From the NCBI GenBank assembly GCA_048498835.1, contig JBEHXF010000019.1, positions 1-33,577 of the forward strand: a stretch of 33,577 nt of DNA, in the 5' to 3' direction. Positions 17,087 through 27,455 of this stretch are shown piece after piece (positions within the stretch are counted from its first letter, which is position 1; each line of letters begins with the position of its first letter). Made by a program: the position numbers and the translations under genes. This DNA is from Chlamydiota bacterium (GTDB lineage: Bacteria > Chlamydiota > Chlamydiia > Chlamydiales > SM23-39). The notes beneath the pieces are model-generated. The model worked only from the letters and a program-made list of their open reading frames with translations, made no database searches and was not told the origin of the DNA.

Positions 17087-18648
17087 TAGTGTCCCTCATC
17101 TGAAATGCGAGTGACACGCAGGACCTCTGCGCTTGTCGTCACTCCCGCAATCACTAACTCGACTCCCTGTGCAAAGAGCGACACCATGTCTTGAGAAAGA
17201 GCAACTTTTCTCAATTCTTGCGAATCTTGGCTCTTCAATACCTGAGACTTAATTTTAGAAGAAACTGGCATCAATTCGTAAAGACCCACTCGTCCTTTAT
17301 AACCTGAATGGAAACACTTTTCGCACCCAGCGCCGCGACAGAATTTGCCTTTTTTCAAACTCTCTTTTTTCAAACCAAGCTCAGCTAACTCTTCTGGTGT
17401 GGGTACGTATTCTCGAATACAATCAGGGCAAATTCTTCTCACTAATCTCTGCGCTAAGACTCCTAAAATCGAAGAGGCTAATAGATAAGGCTCAATCCCC
17501 ATATCAGCCAATCGAGTCAAGGCAGAAGGAGCGTCATTGGTATGAAGAGTGCTCAATACCAAGTGTCCCGTTAGTGAGGCTTGAATCGCAATTTCTGCTG
17601 TCTCCCGATCTCGAATCTCGCCGATCATGATCACATCGGGATCTTGTCGCAAAATATGCCGCAGTCCTTTCGCAAAATTCAATTCGATCTTGGGGTTGAC
17701 GTTCATTTGAGAGATCCCCTTGAGCTTGTACTCAACCGGATCTTCAATCGTCATGATGTTCATTTCTGCAGCATGGATTTCAGAAATAGCGCTATAGAGA
17801 GTTGTCGTCTTTCCGCTCCCCGTCGGACCGGTTACTAATACGATCCCTTCTGGCAAATGGATCAATTTGCGCAGGCCTTTTAAGACCTGCTCTTCCATGC
17901 CGATCCGATCTAATCCCAAAACCACATTCCCTTTATCGAGAATCCTCAGAACGATCCGCTCTCCATATACAGTGGGTAATGTGCTCACCCGGAAATCGAT
18001 CTCTCGTCCCCCGTGATTGAGCTTGATCCGACCGTCTTGTGGCAAGCGATGTTCAGCAATATCGAGCTTCGCCATGACTTTAACGCGAGTGGAAAGCTGC
18101 GCTTCCAATCCTCGAGGTGGGTTGTGCCGTTGATGGAGAACCCCGTCGATTCTATACCGGATTGAAAGCCCCTCTTCTGTCGGTTCAAAGTGTACGTCGG
18201 ATGCATCTTGTTGAATGGCTTCGAGTAAAATCGCATTAACCATTCGGATGATCGGATTTTCTTCCTTTCCTTCCAATAAGTCGTAGTCGTCAAGAGATTC
18301 AACTGCGGGGCCTTCTTTTATATCAGCGCCTGTAAATAACTTTCCCGCTTCGCCCTCTTTTTGCCGATAACAGCGCTCGATGGCTAATTCGATCAGCGAT
18401 CGTTCTGCATAGACGAGGTGAAGAGGCCTCTTTAATAAAAGACGCAATTCTTCAATAGCCTCTAGATCCGAAGGATCGGAAATTGCGACCATGACCCCGC
18501 GCTCTTCTTCCAGGATCGGCAACAATCGTTTTTGTTTGGCTAAAGAGTAGGGAATCAAAGAGGTCCTATTCCGAACGAGCGGAAAGCGATCCAAATCGTC
18601 AGTGATTTCCAGACCAAAAAGCTCGGCAATTTTTTTATTTTCGCTCAT
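17086..18648 (-). CDS. gspE: Type II secretion ATPase GspE
   Basis: ASDVHFEP, RLPQDGR, Walker A GPTGSGKTTT, TIEDPVE, LRQDPDVIMIGEIRD, TGHLVLSTLH, CxxC pairs. Likely start MSENKK at 18648. Confidence 0.95.
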   Translation of the reverse strand: MSENKKIAELFGLEITDDLDRFPLVRNRTSLIPYSLAKQKRLLPILEEERGVMVAISDPSDLEAIEELRLLLKRPLHLVYAERSLIELAIERCYRQKEGEAGKLFTGADIKEGPAVESLDDYDLLEGKEENPIIRMVNAILLEAIQQDASDVHFEPTEEGLSIRYRIDGVLHQRHNPPRGLEAQLSTRVKVMAKLDIAEHRLPQDGRIKLNHGGREIDFRVSTLPTVYGERIVLRILDKGNVVLGLDRIGMEEQVLKGLRKLIHLPEGIVLVTGPTGSGKTTTLYSAISEIHAAEMNIMTIEDPVEYKLKGISQMNVNPKIELNFAKGLRHILRQDPDVIMIGEIRDRETAEIAIQASLTGHLVLSTLHTNDAPSALTRLADMGIEPYLLASSILGVLAQRLVRRICPDCIREYVPTPEELAELGLKKESLKKGKFCRGAGCEKCFHSGYKGRVGLYELMPVSSKIKSQVLKSQDSQELRKVALSQDMVSLFAQGVELVIAGVTTSAEVLRVTRISDEGH

Positions 18649-18649
18649 G

Positions 18650-20962
18650 TTAGTACATGTCAAAGAGCATCTTTAAGCTATTGTCAAACAGCCGTTTTCT
18701 CTCTTTTGCTTTCGCCTGATCAATGCAAGCCAGAAACTCCGGAATATCTCCCGCCCGCTTCGAATATTCACTTTGACGAATCGAACGGAGATCCTCTACC
18801 GGATCTCGAACAATATGCGGCGTGATGAAAATAAACATCTCGGTATTCGTATCGGTGGCGCGATTGGAGCCAAAGAGTTTTCCAATGCCCGGAATATCCC
18901 CTAAGAAAGGAATCTTCTCGCGGTTATCTTCTTCAATTTTGCGTCTTAACCCACCCAAAATCACCGTTTCTCCATCAGCTACGCACACTTCGTTTTCAAC
19001 GTGACGCCGCGTAACGGGAGGGCGATCATCATAGGACATGCGGGTCGTATCGAATTCCAAATTGGTTTGAAGCGAGACAAAACCTGGATGATCGGCTTGA
19101 TCGGGATCGTCCAGATCACCTAAGTGAATGGTAGGGGTTAGAACGATCGTGATTCCGTATTGAGCTCGGGTATAGGATTTTTCAACAGTCACACCATTGA
19201 CTGTATCGAGCTGAATCGCTCCGTTATTGATCGAAATTTCTTCAACGATCGATACGGTAGCAGGCGTCTGATTCACAGCCAGAACAGAGGGATTGGCGTT
19301 GATTCGGATATCTTCTTGCGCCATCAAGAAACTATAGGTGATATCCATCGCTGGGCTCGAGGTCTTTGGCTTGCTGTAAATGAAGTTGAGAACACCTTTT
19401 TGGAAAGCATTTTCGTTCGTGTCAAATGTGACTGCCGACTCTTTCGTGCCACTCGAATTCGTTCCGATTTGAAGCAAATTGATTCCTACTTGTCTTCGAT
19501 CTTGCAGCTTCTTTTCCACAAGAAGAACATCGAGCTGCACCATTCGCTTGGGAACATCGAGTTTTTTCAATAAGCTCTTGATTTTTGGGAGCTCTTCTCG
19601 TCTCACCACCATCAAAATTGAGGTCGTTTTATTATCGACGACAAAGTTCCCAAAAGCCTTATTTTCTTTCTTATCGATCGTTCCAGGCTGAACAAATGGG
19701 GCGCTGGCAGGCAATACGGGCTGATACGCCGTACTTGCAGGTGGAAACACTTGATTAGGGAGCGGCTCTGCAACCGGAGCTTGAGGCGAAGGAGGTTGTA
19801 CAGGGGCTGGCGCTTCTCCCTTTTTCTCAAAGCTCGACCCGATCAACGAATCATAGACTTGTTCTAAAACTGCGGCGATATCTTCTGGATTAGAATGTTT
19901 ACACGCATACCAGTAAATCAATTTTTCGCCGGGATCTTCTAGCTGCGCTTCGAGATCAGCCAAAATTCTCTGTCCCCGTTCTACTGTTTCATTCTCGCCA
20001 ACCAGGATCAATCCTTGTGGCAAGGTAAGTGCAATCAATTCATCGGCGCCGGCCGCATAAAAAGCAGGACGTCCCTTGCCAGGTGAGTCGGAAAAGACCG
20101 CTTTTAACACTTTTTCTGCTTCTGCAGGCTGAATTTTTGTTAAAGGGACCAGTCGAACGACCTTACCGCCATTTTGTTCCCAGACAGCATGGTATAAGCC
20201 CAGCAATTTATCGATCGTTTCTCTTGTCGATACAAGGACTATCTTCGAGCCAATCGACTGAACCGTCGTCTGCTTCGGATCACAAAATCTTTCAAAAAAT
20301 CCCTGAACCGACTTTAGCTGCTCTGCAGGCGGAGAGAAGACGAAAAAGAGCCGCGCATGGTTTGAAAAGAGTTCTAATTTTTCTTCCCGGTCGACAATTC
20401 CCTCAATAGCAGAAGGGTCGAGCTTCAAAATGTAAAGCTGCTTTGCATAAGGATTGATCTTCTTGACTCCCACGCCGTTATGAGCCAAAACCGATTCGAT
20501 CATTTCGCTCCATGCTTCACGAGGCAAAGGAACACTAGTGAATAAGCTGATCTTCATCGAGGAGAGTTCTTGAGGAATGATGTACAGATAATCGCTCGCA
20601 CCATATTCCATGATCAGTTGAGCAACGGTCGTGTCGCCGATATCCCAAAGAGCATAAGCTTCATCGCCGCCAGCAGAATCGAGAACCGAAGCGGAACGCC
20701 AACCCTCTTCAAGAGCGGCCATCTGTCCTTTGATGCTGCGCACATCTTGCAGCAGTTGCTCAAATTCTTCCTCAGAAGCTCCTTCTTTGGTCAAGCGGAG
20801 TCCTGTAGAAAATTTTTCGCGCAGCTTCCCTTTCAGTTCAGCTAAATGCGCGTTGAATCGAACCGCGCCTTCCGCGTCTACAGCGACTACTTTCGATTCT
20901 TCTACCGGAGTTTCTGTCTCGCCCCACAGAGGAAGAGCAGCAAAAATCCACATCCACTTCAT
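18650..20962 (-). CDS. gspD: Type II secretion secretin GspD
   Basis: LKKLDVPKRMVQLDVLLVE, DGETVILGGL, KIPFLGDIPGIGKLF, EMFIFITPHIV. Confidence 0.93.
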   Translation of the reverse strand: MKWMWIFAALPLWGETETPVEESKVVAVDAEGAVRFNAHLAELKGKLREKFSTGLRLTKEGASEEEFEQLLQDVRSIKGQMAALEEGWRSASVLDSAGGDEAYALWDIGDTTVAQLIMEYGASDYLYIIPQELSSMKISLFTSVPLPREAWSEMIESVLAHNGVGVKKINPYAKQLYILKLDPSAIEGIVDREEKLELFSNHARLFFVFSPPAEQLKSVQGFFERFCDPKQTTVQSIGSKIVLVSTRETIDKLLGLYHAVWEQNGGKVVRLVPLTKIQPAEAEKVLKAVFSDSPGKGRPAFYAAGADELIALTLPQGLILVGENETVERGQRILADLEAQLEDPGEKLIYWYACKHSNPEDIAAVLEQVYDSLIGSSFEKKGEAPAPVQPPSPQAPVAEPLPNQVFPPASTAYQPVLPASAPFVQPGTIDKKENKAFGNFVVDNKTTSILMVVRREELPKIKSLLKKLDVPKRMVQLDVLLVEKKLQDRRQVGINLLQIGTNSSGTKESAVTFDTNENAFQKGVLNFIYSKPKTSSPAMDITYSFLMAQEDIRINANPSVLAVNQTPATVSIVEEISINNGAIQLDTVNGVTVEKSYTRAQYGITIVLTPTIHLGDLDDPDQADHPGFVSLQTNLEFDTTRMSYDDRPPVTRRHVENEVCVADGETVILGGLRRKIEEDNREKIPFLGDIPGIGKLFGSNRATDTNTEMFIFITPHIVRDPVEDLRSIRQSEYSKRAGDIPEFLACIDQAKAKERKRLFDNSLKMLFDMY

Positions 20963-22221
20963 CGATTTCTCCCACGGGATTTATTCAAGAGCGTCTCATT
21001 CGATTTACTAGTTGTATTACGAGAATGAACCGCTCGCGGAACCGTCGCCGCATAATCAATCGGGACCATTTGGGCGCGACTCGCAGTAAAATAATGGCCC
21101 GCAATGCTTTTTACAGGCCCTTTGGCTTCAATTCGATCGAGTACAAAAATATCCCCAATCACATGCCCAGAGAGAAAAGCCTCTTTCTCTTCTTTTTTTC
21201 TCAACACCTTCCAGCGCTGATCTAGTTTCAATACCCAATCACCTGGACGGAGAATCAAGCACTGTTTATCGAGAGTGCAGCTAATTTGTTTTTCAGAGCG
21301 CACTCTGAGTTGGGAAAATAATTCTTCTCCGCGCGTCTTCAGCATAGGCAAATTTGTTTGAGGCAATAAAAGCCGAACGTGAGCGGAGCCACCCCATCCC
21401 TCTAATTCTAATCCTTTTGAACTCAATCTTTGTATGCGGGCAATCGGGGCTTCTCCCGCCTCATCAATAGAAGGGAGCCGCTGCCATTGACTACCGCGAA
21501 ATACGAGCCATTGATCTGCTCGCAAATCGAATAATTCTGTATGAGGGGCCACGCCCACTTCAATTCTCTGCACGCCAGAGCCACTCCCATATTTTTCAGC
21601 AAAAAGATCTTGACCCCACCAACGTGCCTCACCCAAGAGGCGGAACGGATGGCCAACGGGAAACTCTTCTGCTGCTTGAACGGGCGTTTCTTGGGGCTCT
21701 AGAATCCAATCGGAGTTTTTGAGCTCATCATTAGCCGGATCTCGGTAAGATAAACTCGCCTCAAAAGAACCGTTATCCGCAGGACGCACTTCTAACCAAA
21801 ACAGCGACGGCTCTTTAGAAAATTGCAAAGCTCCCGATTCGGAAAACTGCAAATCGATTCGACTGGGCGCCTCAACTCTCAATACCTGCTTACTCTGATT
21901 CAACCGAACCATCAACCGCGTAGAGCTAGAAATTTCCGATGTGGGACGGGGAGGATCGACTGAAAATGAGATTTGCCGTTGGGCATCCAATCCTGAGATT
22001 GAAGCGAACTCGGAATGCAAAGGTAAATCGATTGTGAGATTGGTTAAACCGGATTTGCCAGAGGCAAGCGAAACCGGCGCCAGCCACCCTGGTTCAGGAG
22101 GGGCGAGCAAAAAAGCAGCAGGGCACAGACTGGTTAGGAGCACAACCGCTCCAATCCAAGGCAGTCGATCGAGATCGAAGGATAGAAAATTTTGTAACGA
22201 CATTCCTACCAAGTTCTCCAA
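20959..22221 (-). CDS. Hypothetical membrane-anchored protein heading the gsp operon
   Basis: 420-aa ORF with an N-terminal TM segment, overlapping the gspD start by 4 nt. Start may be 22221 (TTG) or 22203 (ATG). Confidence 0.75.
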   Translation of the reverse strand: MENLVGMSLQNFLSFDLDRLPWIGAVVLLTSLCPAAFLLAPPEPGWLAPVSLASGKSGLTNLTIDLPLHSEFASISGLDAQRQISFSVDPPRPTSEISSSTRLMVRLNQSKQVLRVEAPSRIDLQFSESGALQFSKEPSLFWLEVRPADNGSFEASLSYRDPANDELKNSDWILEPQETPVQAAEEFPVGHPFRLLGEARWWGQDLFAEKYGSGSGVQRIEVGVAPHTELFDLRADQWLVFRGSQWQRLPSIDEAGEAPIARIQRLSSKGLELEGWGGSAHVRLLLPQTNLPMLKTRGEELFSQLRVRSEKQISCTLDKQCLILRPGDWVLKLDQRWKVLRKKEEKEAFLSGHVIGDIFVLDRIEAKGPVKSIAGHYFTASRAQMVPIDYAATVPRAVHSRNTTSKSNETLLNKSRGRNR

Positions 22222-22399
22222 AGCGAACCAAGGAGTTTAGGAGATCTGGAAAAAAAAGGGGAGCTAGAAAAACTAAATCGCTGATATTAAAATTATTCTT
22301 TGCTCTTCCCGCGCAAAACTCGCCGGAGAAATATTTGCCAAAAAAATAAATTTATGCCTTTAATGATATCAACGCGCAGAGAGATTCGGGAGACTCAGT

Positions 22400-22849
22400 A
22401 TGGACAAAAACAAATTCACGGAAAAGCTCAAAGAAGGCGTTTCTGTTCATGAAATAGAGCAATTTGCACGTAAACATACCACGGAAGTCTTCACCGTACT
22501 CGCTCTCATCATCGGCTCCATCTCCAGCGCATTTGGATTTTTCACGGGCCCAGGCCTTTCCGTTTTTTTTGTGGCTATTGGCGCAATCTTGGGAATTTTT
22601 CTACCTTTACAAGTCGAACAAAAACTCAAGCAACTCTATGGTTTTATCTTTAAACAAGAAAAATCGACACAGCTTGTCCTCGGCGCTGTCAAACTGGTTG
22701 TAGCGATTTTCATCCCCTTTGTGCTTTTTGGCCTGATCGGTTTATTAGCAGGAACTTCTTACCACTACTACAATCGCCACTCACAAAATAGCGGCGACAG
22801 CAAGCCACATAAACACCACCACAGCAATGCTGGCGACGAACACGATTAA
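22400..22849 (+). CDS. Hypothetical membrane protein (two hydrophobic hairpins, His-rich tail)
   Basis: GGGAG RBS; four hydrophobic segments; C-terminus KPHKHHHSNAGDEHD. Confidence 0.75.
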   Translation: MDKNKFTEKLKEGVSVHEIEQFARKHTTEVFTVLALIIGSISSAFGFFTGPGLSVFFVAIGAILGIFLPLQVEQKLKQLYGFIFKQEKSTQLVLGAVKLVVAIFIPFVLFGLIGLLAGTSYHYYNRHSQNSGDSKPHKHHHSNAGDEHD

Positions 22850-22913
22850 AATTTTTCTAACATCTGTAATTTAAATTCTGTTAATTTCTGCGCCCAAAAA
22901 ACAGCTGGGCCAC

Positions 22914-23546
22914 ATGAAATCACTCTATCTACTCACCATCCTTTGCACCCATTTGACAGCACTTCCACCTCCTTATAGCGAATTAACTGAGGTCCTTCCC
23001 TTTGTTGATCATGGTTGGTTTGGAAATGCAGCTCAGCTTCAAGAGCTCATTGAAACCAATGAGGTAAAGACTGTCATAGAGGTAGGATCTTGGCTCGGGC
23101 AATCGACAATCTTTATAGCCAAACAATTACCCAGCGAGGGAAAAGTCTACGCAATCGATCATTGGAAGGGGTCCTCAGAACATCAACCTGGCATGAAATC
23201 CTGGGAACCGTTTCTTCCCTATCTCTACGAACAATTTCTCTCCAACGTAATTGCCGCAGGGCAAACCGAAAAAATCATCCCCATCCGACTTAGTAGTTTA
23301 GAAGCCGCACGCGTTGTCACTGTACAGCCAGATCTGATCTATTTGGATGGCGATCATTCCACAGCAGGACTCTACAGCGACCTCTGCGTCTGGTACCCTT
23401 TTGTCGAAAATGGAGGCATACTTTGTGGAGACGACTGGCGTTGGGAAAGCGTGCGCAAAGCTGTTCGTGCCTTTGCTTCTCAAAAACGCCTTAAAATTGA
23501 AGCCTCCAATAATTTCTGGAGGCTTACGGAACGGAAAAAGCGTTAA
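22914..23546 (+). CDS. Class I SAM-dependent methyltransferase (Methyltransf_24-like)
   Basis: VIEVGSWLGQS, AIDHW, DLIYLDGDH, GGILCGDDW. Confidence 0.88.
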   Translation: MKSLYLLTILCTHLTALPPPYSELTEVLPFVDHGWFGNAAQLQELIETNEVKTVIEVGSWLGQSTIFIAKQLPSEGKVYAIDHWKGSSEHQPGMKSWEPFLPYLYEQFLSNVIAAGQTEKIIPIRLSSLEAARVVTVQPDLIYLDGDHSTAGLYSDLCVWYPFVENGGILCGDDWRWESVRKAVRAFASQKRLKIEASNNFWRLTERKKR

Positions 23547-24265
23547 TGAACGATCGATCGCTCTCTTTGAGAAATAAAGTCAGTGAGGGAAAATTTTTGC
23601 GAACCAAAATTTGCCTTTAAAAACTGAGCAGCGGCAGAAGACTCTCCATCCAGCAACCCTTTGATTTCTTCCCAAGCGGCCAATTCTCCTGGGCCGTTTT
23701 TCAATTGCTTTTGTAAGCAAGCAATTCGGAGCAAATTACATACATAAAGCGCAGATCCACCACCCATGTGCTGTCCTCTCCATAAATTGCTATCGAGCGA
23801 CTGTTCCATCTGCTCTTTTAGTCCAACAGCTAACTCTAATGCCTTTTGATATTCTCCACCTTCAATCAAGAAGGTTGCCCTTCCAAATTCTGCGTGCAAA
23901 GGTGAAATCTCTTCCAATCGCTTTAAAGCTCCTTCCCCATCTGCTTTTTCTCCCATCCCTTGAGCTAAATAGGTCTGGGCAATTTCTGCATCTAAAGCTC
24001 TCTCTAATCCAGGCACCCGCTTCAGCGCTTTATGCATCGCCACTGTCCGCGCCTGATCGCTAGGCATCTCCTTCCACTGCTCAAACGCTTGCCTTGCCTT
24101 CAAATAATCTGCATCGGTAGGGCCTGCTGCGAACCATCCGATCGTCAAGGCGCACGCAGCCACACCACCAATGGACCAAGCATGAACTTTTTTCTGATTT
24201 AGGAAATAAAACTGTAAAACTTTTTCTTTCGTCCCAAATTCGACGGTTTCAACTTCTTTTTCCAT
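23543..24265 (-). CDS. Hypothetical protein with an N-terminal TM segment and helical C-terminal region
   Basis: GAGGAG RBS, 240 aa, co-directional after the GT4 gene. Confidence 0.7.
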   Translation of the reverse strand: MEKEVETVEFGTKEKVLQFYFLNQKKVHAWSIGGVAACALTIGWFAAGPTDADYLKARQAFEQWKEMPSDQARTVAMHKALKRVPGLERALDAEIAQTYLAQGMGEKADGEGALKRLEEISPLHAEFGRATFLIEGGEYQKALELAVGLKEQMEQSLDSNLWRGQHMGGGSALYVCNLLRIACLQKQLKNGPGELAAWEEIKGLLDGESSAAAQFLKANFGSQKFSLTDFISQRERSIVH

Positions 24266-24321
24266 AAGTTCTCCTCAAGTGAGGCCATTGTATGCGACAA
24301 GCGATTTCTCGAACAGATAGA

Positions 24322-25404
24322 CTAGACTTTAGTATAAACCTCTTCCATTCCATCCAAGGTCTTTTGCAACGTAAATTGATCGAGAACAAGTTCGCGTGCT
24401 TTCCGCCCCAACCTCTCCGACAGATGTCGGTCATGGTAAAACCTCAATACTCGATCAGCTACTGCCCGCGGAGCAAAGCAGGGAACAAGAAATCCCGTCT
24501 CTCCATCTAAACACACTTCACACAAGCCACCTGTCGACGTTGCAATCAGAGGCTTAGAGAGATAAGCCGCTTGTAAAATGGCCTGCGATACACCTTCATT
24601 CGCTGTACTCAAGAGAGCAAAGACATCTAACGCGCCGATGGCAGGGAAAGGTTGGGGCCGATGCCCAGTAAAATAGACGACACCGCCTAGCCCCAATTCT
24701 TCTGCTTTTTTATGATGTCGCTCCGCATGGCCTCCGCCGATTACAACCCATTTTAATTTCGGTACATGGCGTAGCAAATGGGCCGCCTCCAACAAATCAT
24801 CAATTCCTTTCCAAGAACGCATAAAACAGGCGGTTCCAACCACAAAATCATCACTGCTCAAACCCAATTCAGTCCGAAAAGCCATTCTTTCCGCCTCGCT
24901 CGCTTGAATCCGTTCCGGATCAACCCCTGTAGCAATTGATTGAAACAAATGAAGCGCTTTTTTCGATTGATGAGCAATCGGAGAAATAATCGAGGCGCAT
25001 GTGGTCACCACAAAATCGGCCAGAAAACCATAGACTAAACGGCTATTGATTCCTGGCTTTACAGCGGTAGATAAATGTCTAGTGCGAATCAGTTTTTTTC
25101 GCGCCATTCTCGCAGCAATCCCACCGATCCAGCTATCTAATGAAGAATGTGTATTGACCAGATCGATCTTATGCTTCCAAAAAATTTGCAGTAACTGCCA
25201 ATAACATAAAACCCAAGCATGTCGTTTGAAATTCAATTCATAAACAGTAAAGCCCTTCGCTCGCGCCTCTTCAATGAGGCGTCCGCCCTGCATTACGCCC
25301 AACACAACCGTATGACCGCGTGAACGCATTCCTTCGGCTTCAAGTAGAATGCGCATTTCTTGTCCGCCCCAACCAGGCGACGCTTCAAGATGGAGAATAT
25401 TCAT
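24322..25404 (-). CDS. Glycosyltransferase family 4 (GT-B fold)
   Basis: MNILHLEASPGWGGQEMR, VNTHSS, WKGID, EGVSQAILQA, GETGFLV. Start re-set to ATG 25404. Confidence 0.9.
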   Translation of the reverse strand: MNILHLEASPGWGGQEMRILLEAEGMRSRGHTVVLGVMQGGRLIEEARAKGFTVYELNFKRHAWVLCYWQLLQIFWKHKIDLVNTHSSLDSWIGGIAARMARKKLIRTRHLSTAVKPGINSRLVYGFLADFVVTTCASIISPIAHQSKKALHLFQSIATGVDPERIQASEAERMAFRTELGLSSDDFVVGTACFMRSWKGIDDLLEAAHLLRHVPKLKWVVIGGGHAERHHKKAEELGLGGVVYFTGHRPQPFPAIGALDVFALLSTANEGVSQAILQAAYLSKPLIATSTGGLCEVCLDGETGFLVPCFAPRAVADRVLRFYHDRHLSERLGRKARELVLDQFTLQKTLDGMEEVYTKV

Positions 25405-26452
25405 AGGCTTTGAGAAAACCACAAGAGCGCCAAAAATTGCAACGTTCAATCAAAATTTTTCGATGTCCCGAAGAAAAAGGGAGTTTTACCAACTCATCAA
25501 TGGAGACCCATTCCCATCCTTCTAACTCCACCTTTTGGTCGAGCCGATAATAAAAAGGGACCAGCTTTGCTTGATACCGAGTAAAAGAGTGTTGAACCAA
25601 AGGCAGTTTCTCGACCCACTCTACTTCCTGAACGACGAGCCGCTCTACCTCTTTTTGAACAGCCTTTGGCGTGGATACCCCTTCAAAATAGGGGAACTCA
25701 AAGAGGTCGGCCATAATCTGCCCTGGTTTATTTTTTCGAACCAAAAGTGACCCGTCCGCTTCAATGAGTGCAACCCCTCGAATTAACTTTTCCACCTTTT
25801 CTATTTTTGTTTTGATGGGCAAGAGTTCGGGATTGCTTTGTAAAGCTGCTTTACAATCACGACGAATCGGGCACTCGGAACACCTTGGCTTGGGCAAGCA
25901 AATGGTTGCCCCCAATTCAATCAATGCCTCCGACGTAATCCAAGGCTTGTCTTGATCCAGTAGAGTTTCAACCTGCTCAGCTACCTTCTTTTTGACTCCA
26001 GACTTGGCTATATCCTCTGCGATCCATAAGTAACGAGCCGCAACCCTTAAAACATTCCCATCAACCGCTGCTGCTCTTTTTTGAAAACCGAAACTGAGAA
26101 TAGCAGCGCTGGTATAAGGACCTAATCCGCGTATCCGCAATAATTCTTCCTGGGTTGAGGGGATTTCCCCGCCGAACTCCTTCAAAATCTGTTGAGCTCC
26201 CGCGTGAAGATTTCTGGCCCGGCTGTAATACCCAAGCCCTTCCCACACCTTGATGACTTGTTCAATCGGGGCGGCAGCTAAACTCTTCACATCGGGAAAT
26301 AAAGCCATCCATCTCTCAAAGTAAGGGATGACAACCAGAGCTCTCGTTTGCTGAAGCATCACTTCTGATACCCAAACTCGATAAGGGGTAATTTTTTCTC
26401 GCCAAGGGAAAGAACGTTTGTTTTTTAAAAACCACTCATTCAGCATTCGCAT
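25385..26452 (-). CDS. mutY: A/G-specific adenine glycosylase MutY
   Basis: PYRVWVSEVMLQQT, WEGLGYYSRARNLH, HhH motif GLGPYT, VDGNVLRV, Fe-S cluster C-x6-C-x2-C-x5-C. Confidence 0.96.
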   Translation of the reverse strand: MRMLNEWFLKNKRSFPWREKITPYRVWVSEVMLQQTRALVVIPYFERWMALFPDVKSLAAAPIEQVIKVWEGLGYYSRARNLHAGAQQILKEFGGEIPSTQEELLRIRGLGPYTSAAILSFGFQKRAAAVDGNVLRVAARYLWIAEDIAKSGVKKKVAEQVETLLDQDKPWITSEALIELGATICLPKPRCSECPIRRDCKAALQSNPELLPIKTKIEKVEKLIRGVALIEADGSLLVRKNKPGQIMADLFEFPYFEGVSTPKAVQKEVERLVVQEVEWVEKLPLVQHSFTRYQAKLVPFYYRLDQKVELEGWEWVSIDELVKLPFSSGHRKILIERCNFWRSCGFLKAYEYSPS

Positions 26453-26501
26453 CGAATTTTTCTCCCTGGGAACGCTCTATTATTGCACAATAGAACTAAC
26501 T

Positions 26502-27455
26502 ATGAAAGCTGCTGGCCTAATTTTTGACGATTCACCCCACTACATCGATCACTTAGCGCCCCTCTGCTCTCTCATGGGCTGGCCGCTCATTGTCTGTGAA
26601 CCGGCCATCGCCGATCAATGCCGTCTCTACTATCCAAATCTCATTCTGCAAGAAACCTCTCTCCTCGAACTTCAGCTTCCAGAGTGGGTCGTCTCGTGCG
26701 ATAATCGAGCTCTCCTCAATTTTTACAAGCGCCCCTTCCGAACCATCTGGCTCCCTCACGGCCTCTCAGATAAAGGGTGGAAAAAACCCTTTTTTGAAGC
26801 CCTGGAACAAGAAGATCTTCTCCTCGTCTACGGCCCCCGTATGTTGGAAGTTCTCGCGGCTAAAAAAATTCAGCTCCCAACACTCTCTATAGGAAGTTAC
26901 CGCCACGAATATCATCAACTCCATCGCACTTTCTACGAAAAACAACTCTCTCACCGCTTTGGGTCTAGACGATTCGCTCTCTATGCTCCCACCTGGGAAG
27001 ATTCTGAAAACAACGGAACCTTTTGGGAAACTTTCCCCAAACTCACCGCTCTTCCTTTCGAACTTGTCATCAAACTCCACCCAAATACCCTAAAAAAATT
27101 CTCCCCTCAGATCGAAAGATGTAAGGGTCTAGCTCCGTCACAAATCACTTTTCTGGAAGACTTTCCTCCTATCTATCCACTCCTCTCCAGAACCGATCTT
27201 TATATCGGTGACCGTTCCTCGATCGGATACGATTTTCTCCATTTTCAAAAGCCGCTCTATTTCATCAGCTCTTCACTTACTGATCCCGCTAGCGATCCAA
27301 GCGCTTATCTGATGCAATGCGGCAAGCAAATTACTCCCGCAGAAGTCTCTCACCTCGCTCCTAATGATTCCTATGCTCCACAGCGCCGCGAAATCCTATC
27401 CCATTCCTTTGCAGCAGCACCAAACTGGAAGGAGCGACTCGCTTCATGGATCTAA
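26502..27455 (+). CDS. CDP-glycerol:glycerophosphotransferase (TagF/TagB-like) family protein, copy 1
   Basis: WLPHG.SDKG, LYAPTW, IKLHP, GDRSSIGYDF. Start re-set to ATG 26502. Confidence 0.85.
   Translation: MKAAGLIFDDSPHYIDHLAPLCSLMGWPLIVCEPAIADQCRLYYPNLILQETSLLELQLPEWVVSCDNRALLNFYKRPFRTIWLPHGLSDKGWKKPFFEALEQEDLLLVYGPRMLEVLAAKKIQLPTLSIGSYRHEYHQLHRTFYEKQLSHRFGSRRFALYAPTWEDSENNGTFWETFPKLTALPFELVIKLHPNTLKKFSPQIERCKGLAPSQITFLEDFPPIYPLLSRTDLYIGDRSSIGYDFLHFQKPLYFISSSLTDPASDPSAYLMQCGKQITPAEVSHLAPNDSYAPQRREILSHSFAAAPNWKERLASWI

Noticed and set aside
22222..22399. Possible sigma54 promoter for the T2SS operon
   Set aside because: The GG/GC pairs I found do not have the required -24/-12 spacing.
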